Of a stretch of DNA of 11,151 nt, positions 6,951-11,151 are shown one piece after another. Numbering within the stretch: position 1 is the first letter of the stretch; the number at the start of each line of letters is the position of its first letter. The notes beneath the pieces are model-generated. The model ran no database searches and was not told the origin of the DNA. It worked only from the letters and a program-made list of their open reading frames with translations. Both the position numbers and the translations under genes were made by a program. The DNA comes from Candidatus Oleincola secundus (GTDB taxonomy: Bacteria > Atribacterota > Phoenicimicrobiia > Phoenicimicrobiales > Stramentimicrobiaceae), in assembly GCA_018400815.1 (NCBI GenBank), contig JAGYLS010000056.1:1-11151 (forward strand). The letters are read 5' to 3'.

Positions 6951-8354
6951 TTATTCAAATTTAAATCCTTTTTCTCTGAATAATCTCACACAAACATCTA
7001 CTATTTTGGGATCATAGAGAATACCTTTGTTTTTAATAATTTCCTCCAGGGCTGCATCAATGCCTAAAGCTGCACGATAAGGTCGGTGTGAGGACATGGC
7101 CTCAACTACATCTGCAACACCAATAATTTTGGCCTCCAATAAAATTTCATCACCCTTCAGCCCTTTAGGATAGCCAGAACCGTCGTTTCTTTCATGATGC
7201 TGTAAAATTATTGGAGCAATCTGGTATGGAAAATTTATACCCTTTACAATATCATAACCTTTTTGGGAATGACTCTTTATTAGGCTAAACTCAATATCAG
7301 TGAGCTTGCCAGGATTAGTCAAAATCTCCGAGGGAATCCCTATTTTCCCAATATCGTGAATTAAAGAAGCTATCTTCACGCTTTCAATTTTATCTGGCGA
7401 AAGATTCATTTCCTGTGCAATACGAATGGCAAGTTGAGAAACCCTGATCTGATGCCCGGCAGTATAAGGATCCCTGGTATCCATTATTTTGGAGATTGTT
7501 TCGATAATTGCATCCATGGTTCTTTTCAGCTTATCCTGGGATTGTTTCTGTTCGGTAATATCCAAGGCACTCTCTACCGCTCCAATTATTTTCCCTTCAT
7601 TGTTTCTAACCGGCATCCCAGTTAACATAAAATAACGGCCATCGGGAGTAACCATTTCTCCATTAACCACTCTTCCAGTTTTCCATGCCTTTTCTACAGG
7701 ACATCCTTCACATATAGTTTCCCGTCCTCCCCAGATTTGATAACATTTTTTACCCTTCAATTCAATTAACTTTTTCTTCACAAAATCACAGGCTGTCTTA
7801 TTTGCCCAGATAATCTCGTGTTTCATGTTTTGATAAAAGACCATATCGGGAGCAATATCCAGTATTATAGATTTTTCTTTTTCTGAATCTTTCAAAGCCC
7901 TTTCTAAGTGCTTGCGTTTACTGATATCCCGGGCTATTCCCAGGGCATACATCTTATTATTTATCCTGATAGGGTGAGTAGAAATTTCTACATCTATTAA
8001 TTTACCGTCTTTGCGTTTTAGGGTAAATTCCTGTGGCTCCGTAGGAAGCCCTTTCCTGTTTCTCTTTAGGGTGCTCACAGCTTTAGGAACATCCTTTAAT
8101 GTTAAGAGGCCTGCTTTAAAATAACTCTTTCCAATCAACTCAGAACGGCTGTATCCGGTGATACGTTCGGCAGCTTTATTTCCGTCTATTAAGGTTCCTT
8201 TTAAATCGTTGATGTAGTAACCGTCAGGAGCATAGTCAAAGAGGATCTTAAAACGGCCTTCTGAATTATTCAGTTCTTTTTCTATAACTTCTTTATTTAT
8301 ATTTTTTATCTCCTTTGAAATTAACGGGTTTGGCTTCTGATTATTATCTTCCAT
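6951..8354 (-). CDS. PAS-PAS-HD-GYP protein, predicted cyclic-di-GMP phosphodiesterase
   Basis: Two PAS/PAC domains, then RDPYTAGHQ, HDIGK, HHERNDGSGYP, ADVVEAM..RPYR. ATG at 8354 has an AGGAGG RBS and is preferred over 8378. Confidence 0.93.
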   Translation of the reverse strand: MEDNNQKPNPLISKEIKNINKEVIEKELNNSEGRFKILFDYAPDGYYINDLKGTLIDGNKAAERITGYSRSELIGKSYFKAGLLTLKDVPKAVSTLKRNRKGLPTEPQEFTLKRKDGKLIDVEISTHPIRINNKMYALGIARDISKRKHLERALKDSEKEKSIILDIAPDMVFYQNMKHEIIWANKTACDFVKKKLIELKGKKCYQIWGGRETICEGCPVEKAWKTGRVVNGEMVTPDGRYFMLTGMPVRNNEGKIIGAVESALDITEQKQSQDKLKRTMDAIIETISKIMDTRDPYTAGHQIRVSQLAIRIAQEMNLSPDKIESVKIASLIHDIGKIGIPSEILTNPGKLTDIEFSLIKSHSQKGYDIVKGINFPYQIAPIILQHHERNDGSGYPKGLKGDEILLEAKIIGVADVVEAMSSHRPYRAALGIDAALEEIIKNKGILYDPKIVDVCVRLFREKGFKFE

Positions 8355-8432
8355 TTTCTCCTCCTGTATTATAAACATTCAGTATTCAGCTTCGTTTTTT
8401 GCTGTATATCTGATTATTTTTAAGATAATAAA

Positions 8433-8528
8433 AAAAGCCGGCGGTCTGGCAGCCATAGTGAGGTATTCACTTTAGGCCCATGACTTTGCGTCCTGCCCTT
8501 TCAGACAGTTTGCCTTTATCAGCTTTTG
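8433..8528 (-). ncRNA. Cyclic di-GMP-I (GEMM) riboswitch
   Basis: Minus strand AAAAGCTGATAAAGGCAAACTGTCT-GAAA-GGGCAGGACGCAAAGTCATGGGCCTAAAGTGAATACCTCACTATGGCTGCCAGACCGCCGGCTTTT. Has the GGCAAA, GAAA tetraloop, GACGCAAAG and CCTAA..ATGG receptor motifs. P1 AAAAGCTG/CGGCTTTT. Confidence 0.93.
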
Positions 8529-8726
8529 TTTTGCTCTGCAGTATGCAGTTTTAAAAACAAATGAATATATTAAAAGAACAGTTAATTACATATCTTCAGG
8601 TAAAATATTCCGGGAAGTGCTTTTCTTCCGGCAATTCTTCCGTCAGTCAGGGTATTTTATGGTCTGGCGGGTGTCTTGCCTCTTCTCTTTCTCTTCTTAT
8701 AGTTTTTTTTCTATCCGCCTATTAAC

Positions 8727-10097
8727 TTAAGGAACATAATAACTTATTACTAATTTAGGTCGTTTTGTAGCATCGTACACATATTCAGAAGACCTAAATT
8801 CGGCTATCTTTTCATTGGTGGACTCATCTGCAGCTTTCAATAAGATGCCATGATTGGCAATGCTTCCATCGATCCAGCCCTGCACTAAATCATCGATATC
8901 CCAGGTTCTCCAGGCTCCACTGGCAGGAGAGACGGTATGGAACGCTTCTGCTTCGGGTAAGCTGCTGGGCCGGTTATTCCAGGTAATGGTATTCTCCTGC
9001 CATTCGCTGGTAACCTGATAGGCACCGATACTGAAGCTCTCTAAACCGGAGCTTTGGTAAAGCCTTAAATCCCCATGGATGATGACAGCGCCCGGGGGAA
9101 GAGAGACAGAACTCAGATCAAATTCCAGATAAGTTCTTTCAATTTTAATACAAGGATCTACCACGACACCTAAGGCAGTATCAACCCCATAATTCATATT
9201 GGGGAATATGTCAGTAATAACAGCATCCTTTCCTTCACTGCCCGGCTGCAGGGTCAGGGTTTCCGCCGGAGCGTAGGTCAGAGCCCAATTGATATAAGTG
9301 GTCTCCCCTGCGGTTACGGTAACATCAGTATCTTCCCTGTTCTGGTAATTTAATAATTCCAGTTTTACGGTATGGGTCCCGGCAGCTACGTTGGTCAGCA
9401 CAATGGGGGTGATGTGACCGGTGTCTATACCATCTAAGTAGACCTTGGCTCCTGCCGGGTTGGAGTTGATATCGATAGAGCCCAAAGCTGAACCTACGTT
9501 GACAGTGACAGTGTTGGTAACACTGCCATTTGTATTGCTGGCGGTTAAGGTGTAGGTAATGGTAGCGGTGGGATTCACCACTTTTGTTCCGGTTGAATCC
9601 ACTGTACCGATACCCTGGTTAATGGTCACACTATCTGCGCCGGTCACATTCCAGCTTAGGGTGACACTCTCTCCGGAGATGATGTGATAAGAGTCAGCAG
9701 TAAAGGAATTGATGGTGGGAGGGTCTGTGCCGGGAGTGACTCCACCGCAGGCAGGCTCTGTAACAGTTATCTTTATAGTATCAGTAAAAGCACTGTCTTC
9801 TGTTATAACGGTGATATTGGCTATGCCTTTTTTTAATGCTGTTACCAGACCATTTTCATCAACTGCAGCTACATCAGTATTATCTGATTCCCAGGTTACT
9901 GCTTTATTGTCAGCATCTTCCGGGGTTACTACTGCAGTTAATTGCAGGGTATCTCCAATATTAATTGACTGGTCATCTTCAATTATGCTTACCCCGGTAA
10001 CCTCTATCACTTCAGGTACCGGTGGTGCACAGCCGGTAAGAATGAAATCAATTAACAACAATATGATAATAGTAAAAACTATTTTATTTGCTTTCAT
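8727..10097 (-). CDS. Surface lipoprotein with Big_2 Ig-like, Ig-like, PEGA and DNRLRE domains
   Basis: MKANK...ILTG-C lipobox (ATG 10097 after AAGGA). Big_2 LQLTAVVTPEDADNKAVTWES. PEGA INSNPAGAKVYLDG..TP. DNRLRE KDAVI..NYG..RTYLEFDLS..ITWNNRP..NHGILLK..RPKLVISY. Confidence 0.88.
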   Translation of the reverse strand: MKANKIVFTIIILLLIDFILTGCAPPVPEVIEVTGVSIIEDDQSINIGDTLQLTAVVTPEDADNKAVTWESDNTDVAAVDENGLVTALKKGIANITVITEDSAFTDTIKITVTEPACGGVTPGTDPPTINSFTADSYHIISGESVTLSWNVTGADSVTINQGIGTVDSTGTKVVNPTATITYTLTASNTNGSVTNTVTVNVGSALGSIDINSNPAGAKVYLDGIDTGHITPIVLTNVAAGTHTVKLELLNYQNREDTDVTVTAGETTYINWALTYAPAETLTLQPGSEGKDAVITDIFPNMNYGVDTALGVVVDPCIKIERTYLEFDLSSVSLPPGAVIIHGDLRLYQSSGLESFSIGAYQVTSEWQENTITWNNRPSSLPEAEAFHTVSPASGAWRTWDIDDLVQGWIDGSIANHGILLKAADESTNEKIAEFRSSEYVYDATKRPKLVISYYVP

Positions 10098-10303
10098 TCC
10101 ATATTTCCTTTCCATTAATTTATTTATTAAGAAATTTGCTATCACATGCGGAATGTTTTATAATTTAAATTAAGATAAATAAAAAGCTTTTAATAGATGG
10201 CATCACTCCTTTTTTGTGTTTAATACTCTTTTATTGTATATTATGTTTATTTATTGTTTATTAAAAAATATCACCTCCAGTCTTATTAGAACCATCCTTA
10301 TCT

Positions 10304-11020
10304 TTAAGCTAGATGCTTGGTTATATCCTTTTTTATCTGATCAGCTCTGCCCTGGGAAAGTCCCAATCTCTGAGCTGTCGTGGTCTGCCGCAAATCCATA
10401 ACAAAGAGATAATAGGTAATATTGCGTTGTAGTTCTTTTATCTTTAAAAAAGCCTTCTGTAGAGTAATAACATCTTCAATAGGCAGCTTAAAATGCTGGT
10501 ATGATTGGCTTCTTATATTTTCCAGTTCCGGTTGAATTTCATCGATATTATCTTCTAAATGATAAATAAAACACACTTCTTTAACTGATTCTCTGCTTTT
10601 AAGTATTTCCTGCAAGCCACTGTTGTTGATATTAATATGGTCGGAAATTTCAGATAGGCTGGGAAACCTTTGATATTTTTTCCGGTAGGTAATAACAAAC
10701 CGGTCAATGCTTTGATTTAAACTGACCAGCCAGTCTGGTTGATTAATTTTATATTTACTATCCATTAAATATTGGTGTATCTCTTTAGTAATAAGGAGTT
10801 GGGCATAGCTTTTAAAATCAATGTTAGCGTTAGAAACTTCCTGATTATAAAGATTTACCGCATTAAGCAAACCGATATAACCAACATTTTCCAGTGTCTC
10901 TTGTGTTTCAGACACGTTTTTAAAATTACAGACAATTTTATCTATCAGAGAAAGATGTTCTTTCAGGAGTTTGTTTTTATTTAAGTGAGACTCCTTCGGA
11001 CATATTGTTGTTGAAAACAT
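10304..11020 (-). CDS. Divergent RNA polymerase sigma factor, SigB/SigF/SigG-like (sigma-70 group 3)
   Basis: AGGAGGT RBS. Region 2 LENVGYIGLLNAVNLY..FKSYA..ITKEI; region 3 PSLSEIS; region 4 DLRQTTTAQRLGLSQ. Confidence 0.82.
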   Translation of the reverse strand: MFSTTICPKESHLNKNKLLKEHLSLIDKIVCNFKNVSETQETLENVGYIGLLNAVNLYNQEVSNANIDFKSYAQLLITKEIHQYLMDSKYKINQPDWLVSLNQSIDRFVITYRKKYQRFPSLSEISDHININNSGLQEILKSRESVKEVCFIYHLEDNIDEIQPELENIRSQSYQHFKLPIEDVITLQKAFLKIKELQRNITYYLFVMDLRQTTTAQRLGLSQGRADQIKKDITKHLA

Positions 11021-11090
11021 TCTTTTTACCTCCTGATATTTTCGTTATAGTTATCCGTTAAATTCAGCTAGTTATTAAAATAAAAAATAA

Positions 11091-11151
11091 ATCGGCAGCC
11101 TGGCGACCTTAGAAAACCCTTAGGCCCATGGCTTTGCGTCTTGCCCTTTCG
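11091..11151 (-). ncRNA. Cyclic di-GMP-I (GEMM) riboswitch, 5' end beyond the window
   Basis: Minus strand CGAAAGGGCAAGACGCAAAGCCATGGGCCTAAGGGTTTTCTAAGGTCGCCAGGCTGCCGAT. Same core as the 8433-8528 copy, about 70 nt upstream of the sigma ATG. Confidence 0.88.

Noticed and set aside
7434..7625. 63-aa + strand ORF
   Set aside because: Antisense to the HD-GYP gene.
9709..10173. 154-aa + strand ORF
   Set aside because: Antisense mirror of the Thr/Val-rich Ig domain.
10146..10303. Orphan RBS-like motifs (GGAGGTGA, AAGGAGTGA) on the minus strand
   Set aside because: Followed only by frames of 12 codons or fewer; cannot support a gene.
10216..10984. ORFs 10216-10401 and 10772-10984 (+)
   Set aside because: Low complexity or antisense to the sigma gene.

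Overview
AT-rich bacterial accessory region. The gene style (PEGA/DNRLRE lipoprotein, SigB/F/G-type sigma factor, AGGAGG RBSs) suggests Atribacterota or a Firmicutes-like anaerobe; this is inference only. The + strand left part has a membrane-anchored transglutaminase-like protein and a BspA-type LRR lipoprotein, preceded by a dead fragment of an LRR paralogue. The middle looks like a decayed replicon: a Prim-Pol/PriCT/Cys-cluster/wHTH protein without helicase, a promoter-terminator leader, hexamer repeats, a candidate sRNA, a degenerate RHH gene, a frameshifted membrane-protein gene and a headless ORF. The - strand right part is a co-oriented c-di-GMP module: c-di-GMP-I riboswitch (cut by the window edge), divergent SigB/F/G-like sigma factor, Big_2/Ig/PEGA/DNRLRE lipoprotein, second c-di-GMP-I riboswitch, PAS-PAS-HD-GYP phosphodiesterase, IS481 remnant, then two pilin/pseudopilin-like genes. 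All family assignments are by motif recognition; no searches were run.
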